A stretch of 64,000 nucleotides of DNA from Calcarisporiella thermophila CBS 279.70 (Eukaryota; Fungi; Calcarisporiellomycota). The DNA is taken from positions 706,315-770,314 of the forward strand of contig NW_027192203.1 of the NCBI RefSeq assembly GCF_041956535.1, written 5' to 3'. A model generated the notes under the pieces. It ran no database searches, was not told the origin of the DNA, and was given only the letters and a program-made list of their open reading frames with translations. The translations under genes and the position numbers were made by a program. Below are positions 32,365 through 45,482 of this stretch, one piece after another (position 1 is the first letter of the stretch; each line of letters opens with the position of its first letter).

Positions 32365-33070
32365 AACACATCGATACCGCAACATTGGCAGCCATGGATA
32401 GAGCGTGATGTGACGAGGTCCATCCGCCTGCCTATAATTTTGTGTATTTATTAATCTATACGCTGTATTAGTAAATTGGAGAGGAGGCTAGTGCAGACAA
32501 GGTTTGGTACATGATTCACCGAAGATGAATCGGTGAATATCAATAATAAAGTCGGATGCGTAATGAGATGATATAATCCCTCTCGGGGATGATAGGAGGA
32601 CAAGATCCCGAACTCTATAAGAGTCTGGCCCACCGCTATTGGGCCTTGCGTGTCCTAAACAATAGGGGCGATAAACTTGCATGAGCCGCAAGGATAATAA
32701 GGACAACTAACACAAACTTAGTTCTGCGCCTGAGCGCACATTAGCTTAGGTCAGCAGGGATTTTCTAGGGGAGGGAATGCAACAAGTCCAGAGGCAGCTT
32801 TAAAAAAAAATCGTCGTTTAATCATGAGGCATAGGAAAGCGCAGATATAACATAACAGAAGAAAGCATATGCAATATAGAGGTAATTACAGCGTGATATG
32901 ATGCGACAAAAAGAAGGGCATAAAATTAGAAAAGAAGAGTGGGCGGTATAAGCATAGTATAGCAAATTTCTACAAAACAAAAATAACAAAAGAACACGGC
33001 GATAAAGAATAAATATATACAGCACAACGTCAATCGCCTCTGTTGTTTTTTTTTCCAATACAAACTATTT

Positions 33071-33451
33071 TCAAGCACCGAAAGTCCCACAGTCGATCTG
33101 TCCCCATGCAAGCGATTCACCGCTTGTCTTGTTCGGTTCCCCTTCGCTAATCTTTGTGAAATAATGGTCTGCAGAATGGGAAGGAGTGGGAGGAAAACTG
33201 TTGCGACGAAAATCACGTGCATCGTCAAGATTAAGGGCGAGCTGCTGTGCTTGGCGTTGGATTGATGGCTTGGCATAAGAGGGAGAGGGAGGAGGAGAGA
33301 TGTCGGCCTGCGAGAAGGGCGCATGACGCGGCTCAGGGAATGCAGGCTGAGGATTGTAGCGGCGCCTGGCGGCCTGCTGGACGCAGGTCTCCGAGCAGTA
33401 GAGCGCGCGGTCTATTGGGACGGCGCTTGAGCAGAAGATGCATGAGTCCAT
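33071..33451 (-). CDS. Ecl1-family small zinc-finger protein
   Basis: MDSCIFCSS...ALYCSETC (CxxC-x10-CxxxC) followed by a Pro/Ser-rich tail; upstream TATTTAAA at about 33563. Confidence 0.65.
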   Translation of the reverse strand: MDSCIFCSSAVPIDRALYCSETCVQQAARRRYNPQPAFPEPRHAPFSQADISPPPSPSYAKPSIQRQAQQLALNLDDARDFRRNSFPPTPSHSADHYFTKISEGEPNKTSGESLAWGQIDCGTFGA

Positions 33452-34036
33452 GGGGGCAATGGGGGGATGGGAGAGTCGAGAGATGCAGGGGGAAATGCAC
33501 AGGGCAGATTGGGAGGGTCTTTGACAAGAGCACAAGGAGGCAAGGTGGGAATGGAGCGCGTCTATTTAAATTGCAAGCCCCGTTGCATTTCTGAATTTTT
33601 TTATCTCCGGAGCATCAGGCCAACGCGATTGGATTGGCGGGTGTTTTCGTGAGTGTGCTGGAGGCTTCGAAAGGTAGGTTTGTGCTAATCTCACTTTCAC
33701 AGGATTGCTGACAAGTAGAAATTTCCATTTCATCCTGTGCGTCGCTCCAAAGCTCGCCGGCCATTAGCGGGTTTGAGATTATCGCATCTCCCGCACTGCC
33801 TAAAGCGGGAGGCCTTAATGAAATCGTCCTCGATCAAATGCGGAAACCCCGCTTGCTGATTCGGTTGAGCCTCTCCCGCACGGGTGACGTCGCCCTTCCA
33901 TATAATGCCTCTGCCCAAGTGACGTGCCGATTGCCCCTTTTATCCGGTGGCGAACCAAGGCCCGGTTTGGCGTTTCAACCAGCATGGTCTGGCCGGCAAC
34001 CTGAGGACCAGTTTCCTTCGCGATTTCCCCCTAGCT

Positions 34037-36386
34037 ATGCCACGCCAGCCGTTCTACTTTGTGATTGTTCTGAAACTAGAGGCCGATGCTGTCCCCCTTC
34101 TTGAAACACTAGGGATAGCGGGGCTTGAACATCGAGTCGAGGAAGGGCGTGACTGGAAAATGGTGTTCGTTGGATGCGGGGGTGAGCGTCTACGAAAGGA
34201 GATGCTGCGAGAAAGGTGAGACATGAGCCCTGCAAGCCCCTCTGCTCCTGCTCTAATTTGGACGCTGTATAGGATCAATGACTACCTGTGTGGAACACGG
34301 CTCATTGAGGAAGTTCGTGTGGATGACTTGACTGAGGCCGACAAATTGCGACTTGTCTATAGAATAATAACAGCACCGCCACAGGAGCAAGGCGCAGGCA
34401 TTGTCCCGGGTAAAGAAGGGGTGGAGAGCATTATGGCATTTCACGATCCAGAGTTGAGCCGAGTATGGTCGTTATCGTACATTCCATGTAGACTGCAGAC
34501 TGAGAAGTTTATCTGACATTGTATTGTAGAAATGGTTGAAGCATTGCGCCACCAAAAAATATTTCCATGGTGACGACTTGAAGATGATAAAGGACCATTT
34601 TGGTGAAAAGGTATGAACTTCAAATCTGCTCCTCATTGTACATAACCAAGTGAGATGAAATCTTCTAACCAGTATATGCTAGTTGGCCTTATACTTTGAC
34701 TTTCTCCAATGCTACACCCTCAGCTTGTCGCTCCCCGCTTTTCTTGGCGTCCTGGCCTATGCTTTCAGTTTTGAATATACCATTGTATTTTCAGTATTCC
34801 TAGTAGTCTGGTCACTCGTCTTCATCGAGCTCTGGTCCCGACGTGAGCAAGTCTTGGCCATAAGGTGGCGTGTCAGACGTTGCGAAAGCATTGAAAAGCG
34901 ACGCGCGGCATTTAAAGAAGGAAAGTATGCAAACTGGCTGCGATGGAAAAAGCGCTGCTACACTCTCCCCGCACTTGCCTTGAGTGCGGCCCTCGTTGGC
35001 ACGGGCGTGTCCATGGTGTATCTTGTGCAAATATTCTTGACAGAGTATTACACTGGACCGCTCAAGGAAGTAACTGTGAGTAGCCCCTTTATTTTTTTTC
35101 TTTTATATCTAGTCTCCCTCTCATTGACCGTCGGGTGTATGTCTCTTTCTTCTCTGTCCCTTCAAGGCGTTCATGCCGGCTATTGTGTATGCAAGTACGG
35201 TCCCGACCATGACAAGGTACTATATGCGATGGGCGCGCCACTTTAACGACCTCGAGAATTATGAAACTGAATCTGAATACGACTACCATCTCACGAAGAA
35301 AATTTTCACTACCAAGGTGCTCACAAGCTATTTCTCACTCTTACTTTGCGCTTGGGTGTAATTATGGCAGTCTTTTTTTTTCTACTTGATACTTACACTA
35401 AGCTATACTATTTGGGCGATTAGATATATCCCGTGCACGAACTACATCACCAGGCTCTTTTCGCATATCCCTCTACGCACCCAGAGGCCCTCTCTCGGGA
35501 CTTCGCGCCTTCGATCCCAGCTTGTGTTCTCTGTTCTTACAGGGCCGATCATTCACGTCCTTACCGAGTTCGTGCAACACATAGCATCCAGTGGGTTTAA
35601 GGCGACGATAAGGCAGTGGCAGGGTGTAGAACAGCTGAAGGAGGAGCTTGGAGAGGGAGAGGAGGGAGTTACCGAGAATGAAAGGGATTTTGTGCGCAGA
35701 GTGGAAAGAGAAATCGGCCTACGGGAATGGGATCTGAACGAGGAATATACCGAGATCACCGCACAGGTAAATGGAGATACGATGACCAGGACACTACTGC
35801 CATAGTGCCAGGTGCAATAGGATAGCCAGTCTAACCCTATTCTTGGCACCACCCTCTTTAAACTTAGTTTGGATACGTGGTTCTATTTTCTACCGTGTGG
35901 CCATTGACGCCCCTCTGTGCTTTTCTCCACAACTGGTCCAAGCTTCGATCGGTCTCTCTGCTCCTCTGCAGCGGAGCACGACGTCCCATTCCTCAACGAG
36001 TCGACACGATTGGCCCATGGCTTGAAAACCTGGGGGTGCTCTCATGGTTTTCGAGCACGGTCAACGCGTCTCTAGTGGCCCTCTTCAATCCCAAGCATCG
36101 TTCCCAAATGTCAGTCACCGGGCTGGTAATTTCCATTCTCGGTGCGGAATACGCCTATTATGTGGCAAGAGCTTTATTACGAGCGACCCACGCTATCCCT
36201 CAGGAGGCGCAGATAGCAATGCGAAGAGAGGAGTATAAGTTGCGCCAAGGAGCTCTGGATCGCTGGCAAACCACTGTGTCGGACAAGGTTCAAGGGCTCG
36301 GAAACCAAATGTTCAGCACAAATACGGATTTTTGGCGGGGCGAAGATGGCGAGGTGCTGGTGAAGAATGTCTTCAAGAGGGAATAG
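34037..36386 (+). CDS. Anoctamin/TMEM16 (Ist2-like) scramblase or channel
   Basis: LTEADKLRLVY, IKDHFGEK|LALYFDFL, FIELWSRRE, LENYETESEYD..LTKKIF, EYTEITAQ|FGYVVLFSTVWPLTPL, RRPIPQRVDTIGPW. Confidence 0.9.
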
Positions 36387-36847
36387 CCGCCTTTTGCTCT
36401 ATATCTCCTTTGTAATGCCACCGAAGATGGCCTGCTTTCTTTATCGTTTTTTCTCGTTATTACGATGGTTGTTCTTGTTCGCATTTGAGACCTCATCTTG
36501 TTCTATCGGCATCCTATTCATTTCTAAATATATCCTCTCTGTTACTTGGCCCATGGCACCGGCCTGTGTTGGCAGTTTTATCCTGAAAAAATTTAGCAGG
36601 CCTATGTCCCTTTTTTATCTGGGTCTGTGCTCAAGCGTGATTTATTTTTAAATCCGAGACTCCAGTGGCCAAGACTTACACGCTGTGTCAGTATAGTATT
36701 CAGGTAGCACATGCAATTGCGGCCCTGGAATTTTTGTATTGTTTTAATTTTGAACGCTATTTACACCCTCCTCATTCCACCCGGCCCGAATTGCAAGACC
36801 AAGTTCCCCCCTCATCCCTCATTGCTTGCTTCGCTCATTCTTCGGCG

Positions 36848-38003
36848 ATGAAACACCATTCCGTTCTCCAAAAGTTGGTGATTGCCCTTGGTCTTCTCTT
36901 ACTCGTCAACCTACTCTACTATTGTAAGTGGGTGAGGTGGTTTGGTAATTGAATATCGACGCCCTCTCGGAATAGGCCCATTAGGCTAATGCTCTTTGCC
37001 CTTCTCCTCGGAAGACTGTTTCCGCAGGGACCCAGCTTGTAGGCTAAGATACTGCGGTGCTTCCTCCTCTCTCTCTCCTCCGCGATCCCTTCACTCCTCG
37101 TTCCCTTCCATACTCGAGAGCTCCGATGCCCGCCCGCCCTCCTCCCCTTTGACCATTGTTACCGCCGCGAGTGTGGGGCACTTTTGCGAGCTGGAAGCAT
37201 TCCTCTACAACCTCAGCGACATTCTAGACCAAATGCCCGCTTCGCAGCAGCCGCGCGTCGTGGTCTATGACCTCGGGCTACACCCGCTCCAGTTCAACAT
37301 CCTGCGTTCCATGCGCAACCACGGGATGGTCAGCGAGCTGGTGAGGTTTGAGTTTGCCAAGTATCCAAAATTCTGGTCCTTGAGCGAGACGCCACGCGGC
37401 GAATATGCGTGGAAGGCTGGCATTGTGCACGAGGTGCTGGAGAAGGCGCGGGGAACCAAAGTGGTGTGGGTGGATGCGGGAGACAAGCTGTCGCTGGAGT
37501 TTTTGCGCTGGCTCCCCGAACACCTGACAGAGCACGGGTTTTGGTCGCCAAGATCCTCGGGCACCATGCAGCAGTGGGTGCATCCGGGCACGTTGGCGTA
37601 CTTTGGGGATTCCCCGCACGTATACGCCGACTATCCCAATTGTAATGGGGCGGCGGTGGGATTTGACACCTCGAACCATACCGTGGTGGAGGATATCATT
37701 AAGCCATGGCTGGCGTGCTCGTTGGTCAAGGAATGCCTGGCCCCAAAGGGAAGTTCTCGGGCCAACCACCGGCAGGATCAAGCCGTGCTGACCCTGTTGG
37801 CGGTGAAGGCCGGGTTCCAATGCCTAGGCTCGCCCAAAAAATACGGCGTACAGACACACCAAGACAAATTCTGCATCGACCATTTGAAGGCCCTGAAGGA
37901 ACAAAGAAAGTTGCTGGGCACATCCACGCTGTCTCTTCCAAAGTGGACCCGGCTGGAGGAGCAGATGAGGATGAAGCAAAGGAGGACTCGCCAAAGTCTA
38001 TAA
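36848..38003 (+). CDS. DUF1647-like type II membrane protein (putative glycosyltransferase fold), intron about 36924-37027
   Basis: N-terminal anchor; IVTAAS..HF, VVYDLGL, EYAWK, VWVDAG, NHRQDQAVLT motifs. Confidence 0.75.
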
Positions 38004-38434
38004 ATGCTATTTTCTTATAATATGATAACGGACAATTTTCTTTTCTTTTCTTTTCATATTTTCTTTTCATCTATTTCTCTGCATCTTTCACTCCTCACTT
38101 CATATTTTCTGCCTACTCATTTCATCCCCTGTATAGTCGCCAAATCTCTTTTATTACTTAATTTATATATATACAATGCCTATGATAGGTCACCGCACAT
38201 ATTAACCATGATAACTATGGTTGCCTTTGTTTATAATATATTATCCATCCAAATAGAGAAGCTCTACTAGGACGTTGTAGCAGGGAGTGGATAGGATGTC
38301 ATTTGTCTACAATATGCTATTGTTCTGAAGCCCGAACTTCATAACTCATCAGCATATGAAGTATAAGAAAAAGCGAGGAAGCTTGAGCAATCAACATTCA
38401 GCTTAATCTTTTTGTGAACTTGCGCTTTGGTAAA

Positions 38435-39418
38435 ATGGTGAAACTATTGGTAGAGAAGTACAACGGTAATGCAAATCATATTGAAGATTCTGGACGGACG
38501 CTTTTACATAAAGCTGCGGGGAACGGACATGTCGCGGTTGTGGAGCAGCTGATGGAGGATTACGGTGCTAATCCAAATTCTAAATCCCATCTTGGAACGA
38601 CACCGCTACATGAAGCTACACAGAACGGACATACTGCAGTTGTGAAGCAGTTAGTGGAGAAACACAATGCTGATGTGAATGCTACAGACTATAAGGGATA
38701 TACACCGTTACATGCCCCTGCTATGTTTGGAAGTACGGCAGTTGTGAAACAATTGGTGGAAAAGTATGGTGCTGATATCAATGCTAGAGACGATGATGGA
38801 TATACACCGTTACATAGTGCCGTGCAAGGTGGAAGCACCGATGTAGTGAGACAGTTGCTGGAGGAATACAATGCTGATGCAAATTCCAAGAGCAAAAATG
38901 GTGGCTGGACGCCGTTGCATGATGCTGCATATGATGGATATATTGCGATTGTGAAGCTGTTGGCGGAGCACGGTGTTAATGTCAATGTTGGTAACAATTC
39001 TGGGTATACACCGTTGCATTTTGCTGCAAGTCGCAATTTCCCCCTGGTTGTAAAGCAATTAATGGAATATAACGCTGAGGTAGATACAAAGAACAATGAT
39101 GGATCTACACCTTTGCAAATAGCTGCTAGTTATGGAGAAACAAAAATAGTGAAACAATTGATAGAGGAGTACCATGCTGATGTTAATAGTAGGGATCTCC
39201 GTGGACAGACATTGTTGCATTATGGTGTGAGCGGTGGATCTCCCACGATAGTAAAACAATTAATAGAAGAATATAGTGCCGATGTAAATGCAAAGGATAA
39301 TGAAGGGTGTACACCGTTGGAGCTAGCTCTGGACCGGAATTTTGAGTCAATTGTAGAGATGTTGGTGGAATATATTGTTGATGCAAGTGCTAAGGATATT
39401 GATAGATGCGTGCCTTAA
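38435..39418 (+). CDS. Intronless ankyrin-repeat ORF (about 10 repeats), probably truncated or decaying
   Basis: Repeated G.TPLH.A...G...VVKQL.E.Y.ADVN units; the stop at 39416 interrupts a further repeat (VP*HIA). Confidence 0.85.
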   Translation: MVKLLVEKYNGNANHIEDSGRTLLHKAAGNGHVAVVEQLMEDYGANPNSKSHLGTTPLHEATQNGHTAVVKQLVEKHNADVNATDYKGYTPLHAPAMFGSTAVVKQLVEKYGADINARDDDGYTPLHSAVQGGSTDVVRQLLEEYNADANSKSKNGGWTPLHDAAYDGYIAIVKLLAEHGVNVNVGNNSGYTPLHFAASRNFPLVVKQLMEYNAEVDTKNNDGSTPLQIAASYGETKIVKQLIEEYHADVNSRDLRGQTLLHYGVSGGSPTIVKQLIEEYSADVNAKDNEGCTPLELALDRNFESIVEMLVEYIVDASAKDIDRCVP

Positions 39419-39705
39419 CATATTGCCGACACGTAATGTTTAACACAGCTGTGGAGTACTATGGTTTGATTTGAGATGGTTGTGGATAATTGAGCGACAT
39501 CTTCTTGTCCGATCTTAACTAGTGTTGCTCTCATGTTTGATATTATTTACCATTCTTTTCTACATGAACACGCTTTTTATATCTCCAACATAGGGTTCAT
39601 ACTACCGATTTGTCAAATGTAATTTTACTTGATGTTTGAGTAGCAAGCATGAAATCTAAATTTTATTGTGAACATACAGTATGAAAGTGGTATAGATATG
39701 GGTAT

Positions 39706-40432
39706 TTACGAACTAAGATAGTTCTCTGCAATGAGACGTTGGACTCCTTTTTCCTTTTTAACCGACTCGATCACCTTCAACAACTCTGGGGTCTCCGTTT
39801 CGCTCACTACCGTGCTATACGCGTCTTGATCGAAAATCTTTCCAAGTCCATTTAACAAGATGAACAGGTGGATGTCAGCGATAGTGAGCTTGTTCTGCAG
39901 GTAGTGGCCGTTACCGCCGCGTTGCTTGATAAGTTTCTCGTGGAAAGGAAGAAGATTCTTTACATCTTGGAGCAGGACTTGTTTTCCAGCCTCCTTCTTA
40001 TCCTCCTCCTTTGGGAGGAAATAGTTCCTGAGCATGCTAAGGAAAAGCTCATTAATCGAGTCCAACGCCATATCCACCAGGCCATTTTCTTCATTGGTAT
40101 CGCCCACTAATCCATGCTCACGTCCGAGATAGCGAGAGATGGCTTGTGACTCTGCGATCTCATATCGCGAACCATCAGGTTTTGTGACATAGAGGACGGG
40201 GACATGGCCGAATGGAGTGGTGGCTTTTTCGGAAGCCCAATCCTCAACGAACTTGAACTTGTAGTCTGCCTAAAATGTTTCAACAAACGCAATCGAGGTT
40301 AGCCATGCTGACATGGATGGGTAGCTGAAGTGTAGAAAAACCTACGTTTACAATCTCAAGAATAGTACGGGCAGCCGTAGCAAGACCAGCGTTTCGGAAA
40401 TAGTAGATCTCGTATTTGTTTTGAGAAGACAT
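39706..40432 (-). CDS. Glutathione S-transferase, 2 exons
   Basis: MSSQNKYEIYYF..GLATAARTILE|..TPFGHVPVL..AESQAISRYL..LTIADI. Confidence 0.9.
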
Positions 40433-40857
40433 GGTTGATGTAGTTTTTTAATTTTCAAAACGCATGGAGTGGCGGAACTAAGGGGGAATTTATACCCTAC
40501 GCGATGTGAGGATAAACTCGTTACCCGAGACGCTAAATTTAACCAAAGCTGAATTGATTATAAACCCGATTATTAATCCCCCATCTTCAATAACTGGCCC
40601 CAGCACCTAGTGACTTGGCGGAGCGCGTAACCAAAAGAGGAAGCCGTTTGGGGTATATGTCTTTTTTAATTACTAGAAGGAAAGCTTGCATGGAGAAATC
40701 AGATGCACCGCCTAATCAATCTGAGACTGGGAAAATTTTCGGGAGATTCAGCACTCTGATGACTAATTTGCAAAATACGAAAAACTTGAAGAGCATATTG
40801 TGGGAAAAATCCACGCGGAAAATAAAGCGGCACTTAATAGCGACAGAGATTTAACTT

Positions 40858-42163
40858 ATGGCCTCGCAGGTTTATGAGAGCTTTGATATAATTGATTGCT
40901 CTGAAGTTCCTCACTATTTCTTGCTCATTCAATAGAGATGGACGCGTTTAATCCGGTGTGTTTTTGCATGACTTCTTTATGCAATAAAGGAATTAATTGG
41001 CAACCTCATGTAGATTCCTGGCACCAGATGGCCAAGTTTATCATGGGCAACCCATTCTAAAGAGTGGCCATTTCCCCAAAGATATTAGCGGGCTGAAGGC
41101 GAACGTGATTGTTGGAGATATATATACAGATGCGAAAGTGACAGAGCGTGTTGTGCAGGTTGAAAAGGTATTCAATGATCCAATTGATGAAAAACAATAT
41201 AAAAACGCGATTTCTTTCTCACGCTGTCACTTCAACCACATCAGCTTTTAGCACCGATCGTCCCCACCATCTTTCGCTGCATTGGCCTCAACTACCGTAA
41301 GCATGCTGCCGAGACAAAGATGGAGCTGCCGAATTACCCTATCCTTTTTATCAAGCCGCCCTCCAGTATCCAAGGCCCAAATGCCCCCGTGATGGTCCCC
41401 TCCATTGCCACAAACAATCAAATAGATTATGAGGCTGAGCTGGCAGTGGTTATCGGGCGGAAGGCGCGAAATGTAACCCGTGAGAAAGCTCTCGAGTATG
41501 TACTCGGATACACTTGTGCAAATGACATCTCGGCAAGAAAATGGCAAGGAAAGAAGCTAGGCTCGGGCCAGTGGTGTTTTTCAAAGGCAAGCTTGAAATT
41601 TCGGCCAGACCTACGTCTCTTTTGGCTGACAAGTTCCCTCACGTTTTGCCTCTTTCTTTATTCTATACTCTTTTCCTTTTCCTTTCCTGTCTTTTCCTCT
41701 TATTGCTCTCTAGGGATTTGATACGTTCTGCCCTCTCGGACCACAGCTCGTGTCACCTCATGTAATCCCCGATCCCAATGCGCTAGCAATTCGCACGCGC
41801 CTCAATGGCCGTACGATGCAAGATTCCAACACTTCTGATATGATATTCGACGTCCCTCACCTCATTTCATTTCTAAGTCAAGGTACCACTCTTCAGCCTG
41901 GCGACGTCATTGTCACCGGAACTCCAGAGGGTGAGTGTTGATGTTTCCTCACCACCTGCACTGAGAAGAGGAGTGGGAGGAATGAGCCGAGTTTTAATCC
42001 ATTTCTTGGTACATAAGGAGTCGGATTTACGAGGGAACCTGCTTTGTACATGCAGGAGGGAGATGAGGTCGAGGTTGAAATAGAGAAGATTGGGACGCTT
42101 ATGAACCGAATTGAATTCGAGCGGGAAGGAGGGGTCATTGTCCAGGAAAAGAGCAGGTTATAA
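40858..42163 (+). CDS. Fumarylacetoacetate hydrolase family protein (FAHD2-like) with PTS1 SRL
   Basis: RWTRLIR|[36 protein letters not shown]|[25 protein letters not shown]; ends EKSRL*. Confidence 0.92.
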
Positions 42164-42390
42164 TCTCAGGGAACCCATTTACCCTGTTTCAAGCGGGGAA
42201 ACCTTAATTTTTCACGCCACCTTTTCCCAGATCTTTGGGCCAACCGTTGCATTGTGGCAGTTCAAGCTAGAAATCTATATACATACATATTTCAGTTCCA
42301 CACCTATTTCCTAAAGAAAAAAAGAATAAAAAAGGATTTCTCATTTCTCCCTCTTTCTGATCAAGGGCTCCGCCATCATTCTTCTTCGCT

Positions 42391-43830
42391 ATGAAGAAGG
42401 TTAATATTCCTCTATCCTAGCATCATTTGCTCATGGCTAATCAAAAATGCTTATATACGCCTGCGTTAGGTTCTGTTGCTTGGCAGGAGCGGAGCAGGGA
42501 AATCCTCCATGCGCTCTATCATATTCTCCAATCATGCAGCGCAAGATTCAGTTCGGCTTTTGCCAACAAGTAATGAATTCCCATCATTATGACTCATTGC
42601 CATTATGTATCTATAATTATGCACATATACTAGTGGATGTCGAGTACACAAATTTTCAGTTCTTGGAAAATTTGATGGTGAATCTATGGGATTGTGGGGG
42701 GTAATTGGATCTTGGCTAAACTGGAAATGGGCACGCCTACCCAATGCTGGATGCTTACTTATTCATATTTTTTTCAGACAGGACAACTTCATGCATGATC
42801 ATATCTTTAATCACCGAGAACACATCTTTAGTAATGTAACCTTGCTGGTGTATGTGTTTGACGTAGTGATCACAGGCCATCGGATAGATCGTGACGAATT
42901 CTATTTTCGACTGTGTATTGAAGCATTAGCAGAGTATTCATCGGAGGCTAAGGTGTACTGTCTGATGCATAAAATGGACTTAATACCGGACGAAATGCGT
43001 GAAGAGGTAAGATATACTACAAGTATACTGATACAACTATTACATAAGTATCTCGTTTTTTTTTGTGCCACATATTATATGTTTCACTGCCCTGTTCTTA
43101 GTTTCTCCATTTACTTATCTAGCTTGTCCACAAACGCACCCGCCGTCTTGCTGCGCTCTCCTCCCCTTTTGATCCCATCGTCCACGCCACCACTATCTGG
43201 AATGAATCTCTCCATGCCGCCTGGTCCAAAATTGTCCACGCCCTTATCCCTCGCATCGACTCTCTTGTTCCCCATCTAGAGCGGTTCTGTGAGCTTGTGG
43301 GTGCAGACGAGGTAGTGTTGTTTGAGCGAAAAACATTTTTGGAAATTGCTAGCGTGGTCCGGCGTGCTCATCCAGACGGAAACCGGCTAGTGAAGATAAG
43401 CGGGATTGTAAAACATTTTAGATTGAATTGCGCGTAAGTATGAGTTCCCAAATTTATGAATCATATGCGATTTTTCAGTAACCTCTCTGCGTGCAATTCC
43501 TCATCCCCCTTCCCCTCTCCTTCTCTCTTCATCCTCTATCATCTAATTCTATTCTCTCTTTTCGTCGCCCGTTACTTTCCCACTACAAAAATCACGGCTA
43601 ATCCACTGGTTTTAATCAATCCATGAAGTAATAGACTTGGAACTACCTTTGAGAGTCTTATGATTCGGCGAAATCCGTATAGCCTCTATGTGTGTAATCT
43701 CACCCAACACTCGTATGTGATGGTTGTACTAAGTGATCGTGCGGTATTGCCAGGCGGGATGGAGCTACACCTTGCAGTAGCACGAAAATATTTTGAAAAA
43801 CTGGAGATATTTTCTTCGCCCTATTCTTGA
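42391..43830 (+). CDS. GTR1: Rag GTPase of the Gtr1/RagA type (divergent)
   Basis: MKK|VLLLGRSGAGKSSMRSIIF, NLWDCGG|QD, HKMDL, TTIWNESL, VVLFERKTFL; roadblock-type C-terminus. Confidence 0.85.
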
Positions 43831-44108
43831 AATGGTGTTGCAGAGAGACCTGGAAATTTCATGTTGATTCCCCAGATAATACATTCCCTTGCAGAGCTAC
43901 CCCCTTCAGATCACCTTAACTTCCGGATATTCTTAGCTGTATCTCTATTTAGTCGTTGTTTTTTTATTGTTATATCCATGTCAGTTAAAAAATCTGCCTG
44001 TAATACAATTTGCCCTTTTTATGATGGTTAAGGATTGCAGAAGAGTAGAGGAGAAGGAAGTTGGTATAGTATTTACACGCATATATAAAAAAAGTTAGAG
44101 GGTGAACA

Positions 44109-44699
44109 CTATCGTGGATGGCGGTGTTGCCGTTTCTCAATTTCAGCAGGCAGCGACATGGCCACTATTTTTTCCGCGCCCTCCTTGAGACTTAATTCAA
44201 TATGCACTGCCGAGTTATTTCGCTCTTGCGTCATTAAATCTTCATCCTATCACAAGTACACGTTTAACTCATGAAACCAGCTCTATCTCATCAATACTAT
44301 CCAATCCGTGCTTACCATATCCTCTGGTTCAACGTCATCCACCAACATGACGGTACTTGTACGGCACCGAATCTCCACTTGATCGGCCATCTTATCTCTC
44401 ACTGCTAGTGCTAGTGTAATTGCCTTGTTAATTGCGGCACCCATTCCATGGATGATCACCACCTTTTCCCCGTCACTGAGAAGAAGTTTCCGTGCACGAT
44501 CGAGATGTGCATGGAAGGACGATTTACGAGAAACGTATATATCGGTGGGAAGGGTATGGGAACGGATAGGCGCCCGTTTTTGGATTGTTCCTTCGAGGTG
44601 AGGCCGTTTCTGAGTGGAAGGATGACCGGGAGGCTCTGTGGTTGATATGCGTTTGTGGTTGTGTGATGGCAGGTCTGCGGGTGGGGATGGATCTGTCAT
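44109..44699 (-). CDS. POP7: RNase P/MRP subunit Pop7/Rpp20 (Alba fold), 2 exons
   Basis: DIYVSRKSSF...IIHGMGAAINKAITLAL...TSTVMLVDDVEP..|QERNNSAVHI. Confidence 0.88.
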
Positions 44700-45482
44700 T
44701 ATGTTGTTTGAAAACAGATTTTAATACATTTATCAAAATGAGCGTCTACTTCCAAGCCAATTCCAAAACAAATCATAGATTGCATTAGGAAAGAGAAATC
44801 GACCTCAATCAGATTCGATTGTGGTTAGCAAGTCACAGAAGCGACCTCGGAGCACTGATAAATTGGTTATGTGCCGTCGATTGTCAATGCGGGGAGTACT
44901 CTAAGAGCGCTAGCCAGGTTTATCTAGTGTCACATAAAGTATGGAGGGAGAACATAATCATCTGTTTTGCACTAAAGTAGCGTATAGTGCCTTTAGTAGA
45001 AATGTGTTTTATAATTAACTCTGCCCCACGTATACTTGTGAATTTGGTATTCTATGGACGATACACTTTGGCGTGACATAAACAAGAGTAGAATTCTTTG
45101 ACAAATGACACTACTTTTGGGTTTGAGATGGGTGTAGCAAAATTCCACCCTAGTTTTAGGGCCTGCATCACTACCACTTATTGTTATTTGCTTTCCTCTT
45201 CACCCTCCCAGCCTCTATAGCAGTGGCCAAAGTTGTAGTATGGTAAATGAAGCAATATGAGCCGAAAGGGCCTTTGTACAAGGCTCTATTGGAATAAGCT
45301 TATCATTGTTCTTACCTACCGAGTAAAGCATGTATGTCAGTTAATATTCTATGGGACCTTTCCTCCCTGATAAAAGCAGTCCCTGAATAATTTTGGAATT
45401 GCGAAAATGAATAATTGAGTTTTGGGGGACATGTGAAGTTTCCACCTATTAATACTCACCTTGGTAGTAAAAAAGAAATACC

